From Candidatus Woesebacteria bacterium (GTDB lineage: Bacteria; Patescibacteriota; Microgenomatia; UBA1400; UBA12028), in the NCBI GenBank assembly GCA_040006915.1, contig JBDTWD010000002.1, positions 158,475 through 222,474 of the forward strand: a stretch of DNA of 64,000 bases, given 5' to 3'. Numbering within the stretch: the first letter of the stretch is position 1; every line of letters begins with the position of its first letter. This document shows positions 1 through 10,889 of this stretch, in pieces. Below the pieces are notes generated by a model that worked only from the letters and a program-made list of their open reading frames with translations, did no database searches and was not told where the DNA came from. The position numbers and the translations under genes are program-made.

Positions 1-2
1 TA

Positions 3-3000
3 GCTGACAGTGCAGTGACCACCGCAAAACTCAATGATGGCGCAGTCACTAATCCAAAACTCGGTGACGGCAGTGTCTCTACTGGAAAAGTAGCTGATGA
101 AGCAATCACTGAACCCAAATTACTTTCAAGTAATGATGGGACCAATGGCTATGTCCTCTCCTATAATTCCTCCACTGGGGGATTCACATGGATCCCTGGA
201 TCAACTGATTCAGGCTTTAGTGACACTGGAACGTTGATCACTCTTTCAACCACTACTGATGATGTAAATATCGGTGGACTAACCGATCTTGGGAAATTAG
301 CGGTAGTTGGAGACTCAGATGAAACCCAACTGTTAGTTCGAGGAGATTTTTCTCAGACTGTTCCAGTTTTTGATATACAAAATTCGAGCGGTACAAGCTT
401 TTTTAACGTTTCCGCAGCGGGAGTAATTACTATCCCTGGCCTTGACTGTACCACCAATGCCAATGCTGGAACCCTCACTGCTGATGCAAGTGGAGTTATT
501 TCTTGTCAGGATGACGATGGAGGTGGAGCGAGTTCCCCTTTTCAAACAACCAGCAGTGTAGCCAACCTCATCATTTCTACCAATGACACAACTTTAGGAT
601 CAGCGATTGATCTAGCCAAATTTGCAGTCGATGGAGACAGCAACGAAATTCAGTTTTTGATACAAGGAAATGGCACGCAAACTAATTTCCTAGGAGTATT
701 TGAACAAAGCAGCGGCGTGGATGTCTTCACGATTGCCAACAATGGCGATCTGGTGACTGCTGGAGATATTGCTGTGAATGGCGGAGACATTACAACCACG
801 TCCACCACCGCAAGCATTTTTAATAGCAACGCCACCACCATTAACTTTGGTCAGGCAGCGACCACCATGAACATCGGCGTCTTAGGTGGCACTACAACAA
901 TCGCCAGCAACGTGACAATTACGGGTACTTTGACGACGGCATCCAGTAACTTTGCTGCTGATGGAGCGGCCACCTTCAGTCCATCTGGAACCAATGATGT
1001 CACCATGAATTTAGATGCTGATTCGACACTGATTCTCAATGGTGTTCAGTCTGGAACGGCATCAAATGCTTTATGTTTGGATGGTTCAAACAATGTCATC
1101 ACTTGTCAGTCCGCAGTGACCATCACTCTAAAAGATGCCTATGATAATGATCCTAATGGCTCCAACGTAACTATTCCCTTAACCAGTGCAGATGACTCAA
1201 TCATTTTCCAGAATCCAGCGGCGGCGGGGACCGATAGTGGCTACGTCTTCTTGGTTGATCAGCTCAATACCGGAAATGTCGATGGGATTCAAATTGATCA
1301 AGCTGGGACTGGAGATTCTATTCAATTGACAAATGCATCCACAGGCTCATTCCTCAATCTCTCAGCGACGGGCGTTGGCACCACCGCTGACGGGATTAGT
1401 ATCGTAAATACCTCAAGCGGCGTAATCACAGATGCAATTGATGCCTCTGATGCTGAGATCGTGAATGCCCTAAATACTGGCGCCAACACGATTCTTGGAA
1501 CCACTGCAGTGATCGACTTTACGAACTTTGACGTCGATGGTTCAGGGAACATCACCGCATCTGGAAATATCGTTGCCTCAACTAATGAGACCATTAATGG
1601 CATAGATATCACTGCTGGAACAGTTTCAGATGTGGTGAACTTAACGATCAACGGTGGTGGAGACCTCACCATCGGCGCTATTGGGTTAAATGATACAGGC
1701 ACCTCCAACACTGATTCTGGTGCCTCACTAGTCGGAACTTTTGATGAATTTACCAACTCCAATGGCACCACGGTCCAAGGAGTATTAAAAGATTTGGATT
1801 CTGCCATTGGCGCTGGAGCTTCAAAGTGGACTGATGGCGGGGCTATTACCTACTTAACCTCGATCACCGATGACATCGCTGTCGGAGCAACCAATACCTT
1901 GGTGGCTCCCTTCTCTGTCGATGTCTCAGCTAATCTTGTTCGCATTGGGACTGGAGCTACAGCAAATGCACAGCTTGATATGTATGCGTCTGATGGTGAC
2001 ACCGGAAGCTTGGTTTACAACACCTCTGATCAATTTAACTTCACTGGTGGAGACGTACTGATCGGACAAGCATTGACGGTCACTGGGAACACCACGGCAA
2101 ATGGCGATCTGACTGCGAATGGAACATTCACCTTGGGAGATAACGGTGATGCTGGTGCTATTGATACCAACGATTGGGATATTTCGACTACAGGTGTGTT
2201 CACTGGAGTTAGTGGCATTACTACTAATGGTGGCTACACCCAATCAGGTGCTGGCACCAACCTCTTTACTGGAGCGACGACGATCTCTGGTGGAACTACC
2301 CTCTTACGAAACCTTACTGTAAATTCAGGAACCACTCAAAATGTAGCATCAGTCGCCTTTACCTCACCAGTCGACACAAGTGGAACGAACGTCACACAAG
2401 GGCTGAGTATAACTCCCACGATCGGCAACGCGAGTGGTGGAACCAACACTGTCAATGTCTTTAATATCGACGGTACGACCGGGGACGCTCAAGTGACGCT
2501 CAATGCGATTAATGTTGGAGCACTCTCGGGTGGAACTGGAGCATCGGAGATTGCAATCAATGTTGGTACTGGATGGGATAGTCTTCTCAGTGTAAACAGT
2601 AGTACAGTCATAAATGGGAGTGGAGTCTTACAATCAAATGGACTCTCGGGAACATATTCCAATGCCCTCACACTTTCTTCGACCTCCAACGCAATCACGG
2701 CTGGAACCTTAACGATTAATACGGATGCCTTCACTGATCTAACCGGCAATGGCTTAGCTATCTCCACAGGATCACTAGGAGTAAATCTGACGACGAGCGG
2801 TGGAAGTGGATCAACTTCTAGTAACTCAGGACTTGAAGTCAGTAGTGCAGGCCTCACCCTTCTGAAAGGCTGTGCCCAAGATGAAATCCTGTCCTGGGAT
2901 GATGCAGGATCGGTCTGGATATGTAATAGCGTCACAGGCGCAGGTGGTGGAACTGGAGACATTACTGCTGTCGGTGACGTGACGAGTGGCGCAGCGTTCA

Positions 3001-6000
3001 CCCAAACTGCAGGAGCTGATGGCACGACTTTGTATTTTGAAGGAAGTACCACAGATGGAAATGAAATTGCGTTGACGACCGCTGATCCAGGCGCAGATAT
3101 CACGGTCACTATTCCAAATATCGCTGGTACGCTTGCTTCTCTAGCTGGAACCCAATCGTTCACCGGAGCAAAAACCTTCTCGGCTGCCTCTATTTTTGAT
3201 GGAACTATAACAGCAAACACCGATACAGACTTCGCGCTCGCTGGAAGTGAAAACATCACTCTCACCAATGCGTCAGCTTCTACCGATCAATTGGCTTTGG
3301 CCGTCTCAGGTGTCACCACCACTGGTGTGAATGGTTTATCGGTTGCCTTCACTCAAGCAGATGATGTAGACGCAACCGATAGTAACGCAGCGGTGAATGT
3401 CGCCCTCACTTCCTCATCTGGAGATGCTGATACTTTATACGGATTAAAATTTGCAGACTTCACTGCTGGAGCAGCAACAGAAAATGCCATTCACTTTGGG
3501 ACCGGATTTGATAATTTGTTTGATATCGAAGGCAATACTGCAGATGGGAATGACACGCTCGTCACCTACGCTGAACCAACTGGATCGCGCTCTATTATTA
3601 TCCCTGATGACTCAGGAACAATTTGTTTAAGTTCAGGCAACTGTGCCGGTGGAGCTGGAGGCAGTAAATGGACTGATGCCGGTGCGGTCACCTATTTAAC
3701 GGCAACCAGTGATGATCTTGCTGTTGGTGGCACGACATTGGCCTCACCATTCTCTATTGATGTCTCAGCCAACTTAGTTCGAATCGGAACTGGAGCAACG
3801 GCAAATGCCCAACTGGATATGTATGCGTCTGATGGTGATACCGGAAGTTTGGTTTACACCACCTCTGATCAATTCAGCTTCACTGGAGGAGATGTCCTCG
3901 TCAATCAGGCTTTAACTGCTAACGGAACCTTTACTCTTGGCGATAACGGTGACACTGGCGCTATCGATACGAGTGACTGGGATATTTCTACTACAGGCGT
4001 GCTTACCGGAGTTAGTGGCATTACCACGAATGGTGGCTATACCCAGTCTGGAGCAACGGCCAACACTCTCACGGGTGCAACAACCATTTCGGGCGGCACA
4101 ACTCTCTCACGCACCTTAGCTGCTGATGCAACTGCCCAAAATGTTGCATCTGTGACCTTTACTACACCTGCTGACACCACAGGAACAAATCTAAACCAAG
4201 GAATCAGTATTACCCCGACTATCGGCAACGCGACCGCTGGAACAAACACCGCCAACATATTCAATATCGATGCACTGACCGGAGATGCACAAGTGACCTT
4301 AAACGCCGTCAATATTGGTGCATTAACAGGCACAGGAGCTACTGAGACTGCGATCAATATCGGCACTGGATGGGACAATGTCCTCTCGGTTGGTGGTACT
4401 CCAGTGATCAACGGCTCAGGTCAACTGGTGTCTACGCAAATTACTGGCACACTGTTCTCAACCAACTCGGATTCTGGCAGTAGCACTGTCGTTCAAGGTG
4501 ATACCCTAGCAATCAATGGTGGAACAAATGGAATTAATACCGCGCTCTCTGGAGACACGTACACTTTGAATTTTGATTCTACCGAAGTGGGGACCACTAC
4601 TTGGAATGCTGGTGGAACTGATCCTACCTGGACCTTTAATACTTCAGGAGGAACAGATCCAACCTTGGCATTTGCCAATAATCAAATCACTGTCGGAAAT
4701 GCTGCGACATTAACTGCTACAGCAGTAACTACCTTTAATTGTACGAATTGTATAAATTTTGATGACATCTCAGATACATTGGTTCTCGATGCTGCGACCA
4801 CCATCACCAGAACTTCAACAACGACCAGTGAAGATTCACTTGCCTTTTCTCTCATCAATAATGGAGGCACAGCAGGAACAGATCGAGCGTTCGTCATTTC
4901 AAACGGACTCTCAGGTAACTCAAGTGGTGACGTCACCACTGAGTCACTTCTTACTCTCGATCAAGCAGACAGTACAGCCGGAGGAAATACCGCAGTAACG
5001 GATGGACTTTTAATCACGAACTCAGGGGGCTCAACCTTTACGAATGCCATAACCATTGGAAGTGGCTCACAAGCAATTTCCACTGGTCTAAATATCGCTT
5101 CTACTGGAGTGACGACTGATATTTCGTTGCAAAATGGCGAAACGATTGATAATAACGTTGATGGCACCATTCAACTCACCGCAGCAAACACCGCACTCTC
5201 TGGAGATTTGGCAATTAGTGGTGGGAATATCACCACAGCCTTCACTGCAGATTCGACTGTTACAGTAACCGGAACCACCACTGCCAATGGTTCGTTAGTA
5301 GCGAACGGGATCTTCACATTAGGTGATAACGGTGACACTGGAGCGATCAATACATCAGATTGGGATATTAGTGCTACAGGAGATATGTCAGGGATTGGAG
5401 CAATCACCGCTGATGGCGCAATCGCCTTTACCCCAGGATCAACCAGTGACATCACCTTTACTTTGGATAGTGATTCAACCCTAATACTCGCGGGAGTCCA
5501 AACTGGAACTGCCAGTAACGGACTATGTTTGGATAGTAGTAATAACGTCATCACTTGTAGTACAGCTGGCAGCACCACTCTCCAGAGTGCATATAACAGT
5601 GATGTCGACGGCTCTGACACAATCATTGCCTTGACGACAGCTGATGACTCTCTGATCTTTCGAAACCCAGCAAGCTCTGGAACCGATAGCACATACATTT
5701 TAACCTTGGATCAACTCGCCAATAGTAGTGTTGGTGGTTTAAATATCACGCAAGCTGGAACAGGAGCTGGAATTGCGATGACATTCTCGAACGCTGGCAC
5801 CACCACTGATGGGCTCATCATCAACAATAGTGCTGGAACTGTCACTGACGCCATTGACGTCTCAGACGCTACTGGCTTTACCAATGCTATCAATGTTGGA
5901 GCCAATACCATTCTCGGTACCACTGCTGCCATAGACCTGACGAATTTTGATGTCGCAGGAACCGGAAATATCACTACCGCAACCGGAACTGGAATCGACT

Positions 6001-9000
6001 GTAACGCAGCCAGCTGCAACTTAAAAGTTGGCGTCACCAACGCTACGACGATCGATGTTGGGACTACCGCAGCAACGGCAATAAATATTGGCGCTGGTGG
6101 AGCGCTGGCACGCAATATCGCTATCGGGACTGGAACAGGCGCCGATACCATCAATATTGGTACCGGAGCTACTGGCGCTGATGCCATCACTATTGGAAAT
6201 GCTGCTTCCACAACTGCCCTAGCCTTCAACTCAGGAACCAGCGCTCAAACATTTACCTCACAAGTCCAAACAGGCACTACGACTACATCTGGATTTGTCT
6301 TCGACGCGACGGCAATCAATACCGGAACTGGTCTGTATCTGACTTCAGACAGTATCACTACCGGAAAATTAGCACAGATTGCTACGACTGGGAACACATT
6401 AACGACCGGTACACTCCTCGATGTTAATTCAACCTCAACAGCCGTGACAGGATCTTCAACGGGGCTGCTTGGATATTTGAACTGGAACCCTGGGAGTGCG
6501 ACTACTGCCACTGGTGACCTCTTTAGAATCAATATTGGGAGCAATGGGAACGTTGGAAATCTCTTTAATTTGACCGACAATGGCACCAGTCTTTTCTCAG
6601 TCTCTGAAACACAAATCACCAATGCCCTTCCTACCTCCTTTACTGCCGCTGGTGATGTATCATTTGCCAATGACATCCAATTTACGAATCAAGTCGCAAG
6701 CGCCATCAAGAGCAAAGCTCCTCTCACTATCGAAGCTGGAGAGAGTTTTGAAAGTAATGATTTAACACTCCATCCCTACAATGCAGGCAGTGTCGTCATT
6801 GATGGCTCTACCACTCCAACGACCAGTACCACAGGACTTTTGAACATCAATGCGAATGCGGGAAATGCTGCAGTGATCGCATCAAACATCAATTTGATTC
6901 AAGACAATGGAGCAACCGCCGCAGTCGATGCTATAGGCCAACAGATCAACCTCACTGCAAATGATGCTGATGGAGATGTCTTCGGTTTGAAGATTGCTGC
7001 AGCTGCAACAACAAACGCCACTACCGGATCATACGAAGCTGGTATCACTATCGATAATGCTGAAGACACCGCTGCTTCAATGACCGACGGAATTTTAATT
7101 ACTTCATCTGGAATAAACAACGGTATCACCGACGCGATTGACGTGAGTGCGGCAAACATAAATAACGCTATCAATCTTGGTGCCAATTTTGAGCTGTTCG
7201 ATGGTATCAGAATGTTTGAGGGAGCGACAGGAACCCTCACTATTGAGGATACTTCCGGAAATGACATCGCAACCTTCGTCGACGGTGGCACCACAGGAAG
7301 CTTGACGGTCACCAATACCATCTCGGCTCAAGGAAACTCTATCGGATTAAATAACGATGCCAGCGCGAACAACGTTTTGGCCTTTGGCACTGGACCAGGA
7401 GCTGCGACTGGAGATCTGTATTGGGGTGATAAGTTGCTCTGTACCGCAGCATCAGCAAACTGTGGCTGGGGTGCAGCAGGAGCCGGTATGACGAGCTTTA
7501 CAGCCGCTGGCGACTCTGGATCAAACCAAACAATTTCAGATGGCAATACCTTTGCCATCAGTGGGGGTACGAACGGAATTGATACCGTCGGTGTCAACAC
7601 AGATATCATCAGACTCGATCTCGACACCACTGAGATCAGCGGCACTACTTCTTCAGGAGCAAGTACCTTTAGTGATGGCACCCAAGCGAGTATCGCCTGG
7701 ACCTTTAATACCTCTGGGGCTACAGACCCTATCCTGACTATGGCCAACAGCTCAATCACATTAGGAAATGCAGCTACGATCGTCTCAGATCAGGCCACTC
7801 TCGCTGCCTTTAATACGACGACAACAGATTTGAGTATTGGTGGTGCGGCAACCACATTTAATCTCGCTGCTGGCGGCGCTCTCGCTCGTGCAATCAATCT
7901 CGGAACGGGGACTGGAGTGGATACGATCAATGTCGGCACAGGTGGTACTGGAGCAGATGTTATCAATATCGGAAGTACGAATGCTGGAAATGTATCCGTA
8001 AAATCAAATGCCGTCTTGAATCTGACTGGCGGAGCCAACTCTGTAATTGATTTTCCAAACTTTGATGTCGCTACCACTGGAAATGTCACCACTGCGACTG
8101 GAACAGGAATTGACTGTAATGCGGCAAGTTGTAACTTAAAAGTTGGTGCAACAAACGCAACAACAGTAGACATCGGTACGACAGCAGCGACGGCAATTAA
8201 TATTGGTGCTGGTGGAGCTTTAGCACGTAACATCGCGATTGGAACTGGTACGGGAGCAGATGTCATTAATATCGGTACCGGAGCAACAGGTGCTGATACG
8301 ATCACCATTGGAAACAGTGCTTCGACCACTTCACTAGCCTTCAACTCGGGAACTGGATCACAAACCTTTACTTCTCAAGATGCCACTGGGACGACTACGA
8401 GTTCTGCTTTTGTCTTTACTGACAACGCTCTGAGCACTGGCACAGGCATGTATTTGAATTCAAGTACCATCACGACTGGAAAGCTCGCACAATTTACGAC
8501 AACGGGAAGCACTCTTACGAGCGGATCGTTACTGGATCTATCCTCTGCTGCGACTTCGATTACCAATGGTTCAAGTATCGCAAATGGCGGAACCTTTGCC
8601 GGAAGTCTTTTAAATATCAGTGCCACGGGTGCTATCTCTAGCTTTGCTGGAAACTTAGGTACTGTCGACTGGTCTCCAGGCTCAGCCACCAATGCGACAG
8701 GAAATCTCTTTACCATTAATATCGGAACCAACGGAACAACCTCTGGAGATTTGTTCCAAGTCCAAGACTCTGGATCTGATTTGTTTGCCGTCAATGAGAG
8801 TGCTATCACTTCTTCTATCCCCCATAACTTTACTGCAGCTGGTGACCTCTCAGTCGCGTACGATCTGTCCTTTACCAACCAAACGGCCAGCACAATCAAG
8901 ACTCTCGGACCACTCACTATCGATGCTGGAGAAAGCTTTGAAAGTAACAACTTGACGCTCCACACCTACAACTCAGGGAAAATAATTGCTGACGGTGGAT

Positions 9001-10889
9001 TTTCGTTCAACGAACAGCAAGCACTTACAGATAGCACCACACCTGATGTTGGTGGGGCATCGTACTTCTTAGAAAACAACAGTACGAACAGAGTTGTCAC
9101 AAACTTCTTGAATGGAACTGCAGGACAAATTATCTATATCGAGATTGGAACCGCAGCTAACTTTGATCTTGCCTGTACAGCCTCAAAGATCAGTTGTGGA
9201 AGTACGACAATCACTGCCATGGCGACAGGTGACACGATTGCTCTTCTCTATGATGGAACCACTTGGAATCTTTTAAGTTGGATGGATCAATCTGCTAACA
9301 ATAGTGACAATACTGATGGTGTCGACTTGGCCGAATTCTTCCCAAGTTCAGACACCCTTGAAGCCGGAGATCTTATCAGTATCGATGGATCCAACCCTGT
9401 AACTATCAAAAAAGGCACTGAGACTGATGGACAAAAAGTAGTTGGTATCATCTCTACCCAACCAGGTCTCACTCTGGGACAAGAAGCACCAACATCCTAC
9501 AAAGTAGCTTTGGCCGGTCGAGTTCCAGTGAAGATTGATCCAAACTCACCAGAGATCCATATCGGTGACTTCATCGGCGCCACTGGAGTTCCAGGTAAAG
9601 CCAAGAAAGTCGCCGGTGGCTACACAGTTGGTCGAGCTTTAGAGAACTGGCAACCAGGATCAGGAAAAGACACAGTGACTGTTTTTGTTAGTTCCATTTG
9701 GATCGACCCAGATATGGCCTTGAGCACCAGTGGTGATATCTCTATTGCCCAAACTGTTGATGGACAGATGAATACCTCATATAACCTGGTCGATCCACGG
9801 GGGATCATGAACCGCATCGGGGAATTTGCAGATGCCGTGATCGCAAACTTGCGCGTCGGAAAGTTAAGTTCCACCGAGATTGCTACCAGCAACTTAAAGA
9901 TCAATGGCAAAACCGTCCAAGAGATTGTCTCTGAAGCTGTCACCCAAGCGACTGCAGGTGCGACTCTGGCCACCAACGTCGTCACCAAAGATGAAGCGGG
10001 CAACGCCACTATCTCTGGAAACTTGACTGCACATGACGCTACTATCTCTGGGACACTCTATGCAGATCGTATTAGCGGACTCGATGGAATTACTTCTCTC
10101 CTGGGTAGTCAAAATGCCTCACTCTCTGCTTTAATCTCTCAGTTTAATAACTGGAATAGCTCCGCTTCTGCAGTCCTCTCGGCTGATGCTGTCTTTGCCA
10201 ATGAATACTTAAACGTCCAAGGAACAGCAAGTATCACCGATGCCATGATAAACCACACTCTGATCGTCGGTGGCAGCTTGGCTATGGATCACAACTCAAT
10301 TAACTTACTTTCTGACACCGAAGATACTCTCTATCTGCAAGCAACCACTTCTGGGAAACTGGATCTCTTGGCTGGAACAGTGACCTTATCTGCTGACGGT
10401 GGACTGTTTGTAAACACTGACGCAGTGTTTGCCAAAGATCTCACCGTCAAAGAAGACTTGATCGCACACTCGCTCAAGAGTGATGGACAGGTTCTCGGTA
10501 TCCAACTTGCGAGTGAAAGTGGAAAACTAACCGTCAGTGACGCCAACAGTACTGAAGTCGCGAGTATCGATGCCTCTGGATCAGCAACCTTTAGTAAATT
10601 GGCTCTGACCCACACGGCAACCAGCTCAGCCAATGTCAACCTCGACGCTTCTGCAGGAAAAGGCACATTGCCATCTGGTCAAACAGAGCTCGTAATCTAT
10701 ACGAACCAAGTAACCGAAGATTCTTTGATCTATATCACGCCGAACAGTAGTACCGAAAACAAAGTTCTCTATGTCAAATCCAAGGTTGCCAAGGATGAAA
10801 ATGATCCAGAATCTGTGGGTAGCTTCACTATCGGTGTCGATAGTAGTATTAGTAACGACGTAAAACTTAACTGGTGGATCATAAACTAA
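3..10889 (+). CDS. Giant fibrous surface/adhesin-like protein, 5'-partial (more than 3624 aa in window). Thr/Gly/Ser/Asn/Ala-rich beta-helix-like repeats, internal 100-250-aa duplicated modules, and a distinct globular C-terminal module (aa ~3100-3624).
   Basis: Uninterrupted ORF from the window edge; the frame is open at nt 3-14, so the gene continues upstream. Composition is dominated by T/G/S/N/A with recurring GTGxDxIN, NxGxG and LxVxG motifs. Long modules occur twice, for example LVRIGTGATANAQLDMYASDGDTGSLVY and GIDCNAASCNLKVG. The terminal ~500 aa lose the repeats and contain motifs such as DLAEFFPSSDTLEAGDLISIDG, VALAGRVPVKIDP and GDFIGATGVPGKA, reminiscent of fibre-terminal domains. 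Confidence 0.7.
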   Translation, partial: ADSAVTTAKLNDGAVTNPKLGDGSVSTGKVADEAITEPKLLSSNDGTNGYVLSYNSSTGGFTWIPGSTDSGFSDTGTLITLSTTTDDVNIGGLTDLGKLAVVGDSDETQLLVRGDFSQTVPVFDIQNSSGTSFFNVSAAGVITIPGLDCTTNANAGTLTADASGVISCQDDDGGGASSPFQTTSSVANLIISTNDTTLGSAIDLAKFAVDGDSNEIQFLIQGNGTQTNFLGVFEQSSGVDVFTIANNGDLVTAGDIAVNGGDITTTSTTASIFNSNATTINFGQAATTMNIGVLGGTTTIASNVTITGTLTTASSNFAADGAATFSPSGTNDVTMNLDADSTLILNGVQSGTASNALCLDGSNNVITCQSAVTITLKDAYDNDPNGSNVTIPLTSADDSIIFQNPAAAGTDSGYVFLVDQLNTGNVDGIQIDQAGTGDSIQLTNASTGSFLNLSATGVGTTADGISIVNTSSGVITDAIDASDAEIVNALNTGANTILGTTAVIDFTNFDVDGSGNITASGNIVASTNETINGIDITAGTVSDVVNLTINGGGDLTIGAIGLNDTGTSNTDSGASLVGTFDEFTNSNGTTVQGVLKDLDSAIGAGASKWTDGGAITYLTSITDDIAVGATNTLVAPFSVDVSANLVRIGTGATANAQLDMYASDGDTGSLVYNTSDQFNFTGGDVLIGQALTVTGNTTANGDLTANGTFTLGDNGDAGAIDTNDWDISTTGVFTGVSGITTNGGYTQSGAGTNLFTGATTISGGTTLLRNLTVNSGTTQNVASVAFTSPVDTSGTNVTQGLSITPTIGNASGGTNTVNVFNIDGTTGDAQVTLNAINVGALSGGTGASEIAINVGTGWDSLLSVNSSTVINGSGVLQSNGLSGTYSNALTLSSTSNAITAGTLTINTDAFTDLTGNGLAISTGSLGVNLTTSGGSGSTSSNSGLEVSSAGLTLLKGCAQDEILSWDDAGSVWICNSVTGAGGGTGDITAVGDVTSGAAFTQTAGADGTTLYFEGSTTDGNEIALTTADPGADITVTIPNIAGTLASLAGTQSFTGAKTFSAASIFDGTITANTDTDFALAGSENITLTNASASTDQLALAVSGVTTTGVNGLSVAFTQADDVDATDSNAAVNVALTSSSGDADTLYGLKFADFTAGAATENAIHFGTGFDNLFDIEGNTADGNDTLVTYAEPTGSRSIIIPDDSGTICLSSGNCAGGAGGSKWTDAGAVTYLTATSDDLAVGGTTLASPFSIDVSANLVRIGTGATANAQLDMYASDGDTGSLVYTTSDQFSFTGGDVLVNQALTANGTFTLGDNGDTGAIDTSDWDISTTGVLTGVSGITTNGGYTQSGATANTLTGATTISGGTTLSRTLAADATAQNVASVTFTTPADTTGTNLNQGISITPTIGNATAGTNTANIFNIDALTGDAQVTLNAVNIGALTGTGATETAINIGTGWDNVLSVGGTPVINGSGQLVSTQITGTLFSTNSDSGSSTVVQGDTLAINGGTNGINTALSGDTYTLNFDSTEVGTTTWNAGGTDPTWTFNTSGGTDPTLAFANNQITVGNAATLTATAVTTFNCTNCINFDDISDTLVLDAATTITRTSTTTSEDSLAFSLINNGGTAGTDRAFVISNGLSGNSSGDVTTESLLTLDQADSTAGGNTAVTDGLLITNSGGSTFTNAITIGSGSQAISTGLNIASTGVTTDISLQNGETIDNNVDGTIQLTAANTALSGDLAISGGNITTAFTADSTVTVTGTTTANGSLVANGIFTLGDNGDTGAINTSDWDISATGDMSGIGAITADGAIAFTPGSTSDITFTLDSDSTLILAGVQTGTASNGLCLDSSNNVITCSTAGSTTLQSAYNSDVDGSDTIIALTTADDSLIFRNPASSGTDSTYILTLDQLANSSVGGLNITQAGTGAGIAMTFSNAGTTTDGLIINNSAGTVTDAIDVSDATGFTNAINVGANTILGTTAAIDLTNFDVAGTGNITTATGTGIDCNAASCNLKVGVTNATTIDVGTTAATAINIGAGGALARNIAIGTGTGADTINIGTGATGADAITIGNAASTTALAFNSGTSAQTFTSQVQTGTTTTSGFVFDATAINTGTGLYLTSDSITTGKLAQIATTGNTLTTGTLLDVNSTSTAVTGSSTGLLGYLNWNPGSATTATGDLFRINIGSNGNVGNLFNLTDNGTSLFSVSETQITNALPTSFTAAGDVSFANDIQFTNQVASAIKSKAPLTIEAGESFESNDLTLHPYNAGSVVIDGSTTPTTSTTGLLNINANAGNAAVIASNINLIQDNGATAAVDAIGQQINLTANDADGDVFGLKIAAAATTNATTGSYEAGITIDNAEDTAASMTDGILITSSGINNGITDAIDVSAANINNAINLGANFELFDGIRMFEGATGTLTIEDTSGNDIATFVDGGTTGSLTVTNTISAQGNSIGLNNDASANNVLAFGTGPGAATGDLYWGDKLLCTAASANCGWGAAGAGMTSFTAAGDSGSNQTISDGNTFAISGGTNGIDTVGVNTDIIRLDLDTTEISGTTSSGASTFSDGTQASIAWTFNTSGATDPILTMANSSITLGNAATIVSDQATLAAFNTTTTDLSIGGAATTFNLAAGGALARAINLGTGTGVDTINVGTGGTGADVINIGSTNAGNVSVKSNAVLNLTGGANSVIDFPNFDVATTGNVTTATGTGIDCNAASCNLKVGATNATTVDIGTTAATAINIGAGGALARNIAIGTGTGADVINIGTGATGADTITIGNSASTTSLAFNSGTGSQTFTSQDATGTTTSSAFVFTDNALSTGTGMYLNSSTITTGKLAQFTTTGSTLTSGSLLDLSSAATSITNGSSIANGGTFAGSLLNISATGAISSFAGNLGTVDWSPGSATNATGNLFTINIGTNGTTSGDLFQVQDSGSDLFAVNESAITSSIPHNFTAAGDLSVAYDLSFTNQTASTIKTLGPLTIDAGESFESNNLTLHTYNSGKIIADGGFSFNEQQALTDSTTPDVGGASYFLENNSTNRVVTNFLNGTAGQIIYIEIGTAANFDLACTASKISCGSTTITAMATGDTIALLYDGTTWNLLSWMDQSANNSDNTDGVDLAEFFPSSDTLEAGDLISIDGSNPVTIKKGTETDGQKVVGIISTQPGLTLGQEAPTSYKVALAGRVPVKIDPNSPEIHIGDFIGATGVPGKAKKVAGGYTVGRALENWQPGSGKDTVTVFVSSIWIDPDMALSTSGDISIAQTVDGQMNTSYNLVDPRGIMNRIGEFADAVIANLRVGKLSSTEIATSNLKINGKTVQEIVSEAVTQATAGATLATNVVTKDEAGNATISGNLTAHDATISGTLYADRISGLDGITSLLGSQNASLSALISQFNNWNSSASAVLSADAVFANEYLNVQGTASITDAMINHTLIVGGSLAMDHNSINLLSDTEDTLYLQATTSGKLDLLAGTVTLSADGGLFVNTDAVFAKDLTVKEDLIAHSLKSDGQVLGIQLASESGKLTVSDANSTEVASIDASGSATFSKLALTHTATSSANVNLDASAGKGTLPSGQTELVIYTNQVTEDSLIYITPNSSTENKVLYVKSKVAKDENDPESVGSFTIGVDSSISNDVKLNWWIIN
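1022..8375 (+). repeat. Intragenic long-range duplications in the giant gene. Module pairs: ~1022-1565 vs ~5476-5990, ~1822-2595 vs ~3667-4395, ~5941-6265 vs ~8059-8375. Roughly 75-85% nucleotide identity, with protein motifs conserved.
   Basis: The translated segments align almost residue for residue, e.g. SKWTDGGAITYL...GTGWDSLLSV vs SKWTDAGAVTYL...GTGWDNVLSV, and NFDVAGTGNITTATGTGIDCNAASCNLKVG...FTSQ twice. Nucleotide differences are mostly synonymous. Confidence 0.8.

Noticed and set aside
333-10666. Numerous 60-260-aa ORFs on the minus strand inside the giant gene (e.g. 2489-3268, 5171-5698, 5711-6229, 7790-8344, 8375-8965).
   Set aside because: They lie antisense to an uninterrupted 10.9-kb ORF with coherent repeat structure. 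Their translations are low-complexity (Pro/Val/Ala-rich) mirror images of the Thr/Gly/Asn codons, so they are frame artefacts.
3-10889. Interpretation of the giant gene as a prophage tail fibre.
   Set aside because: There are no phage structural, integrase or lysis genes in 64 kb, and the gene is embedded among chromosomal surface-protein genes. Fibre-like architecture alone is insufficient.
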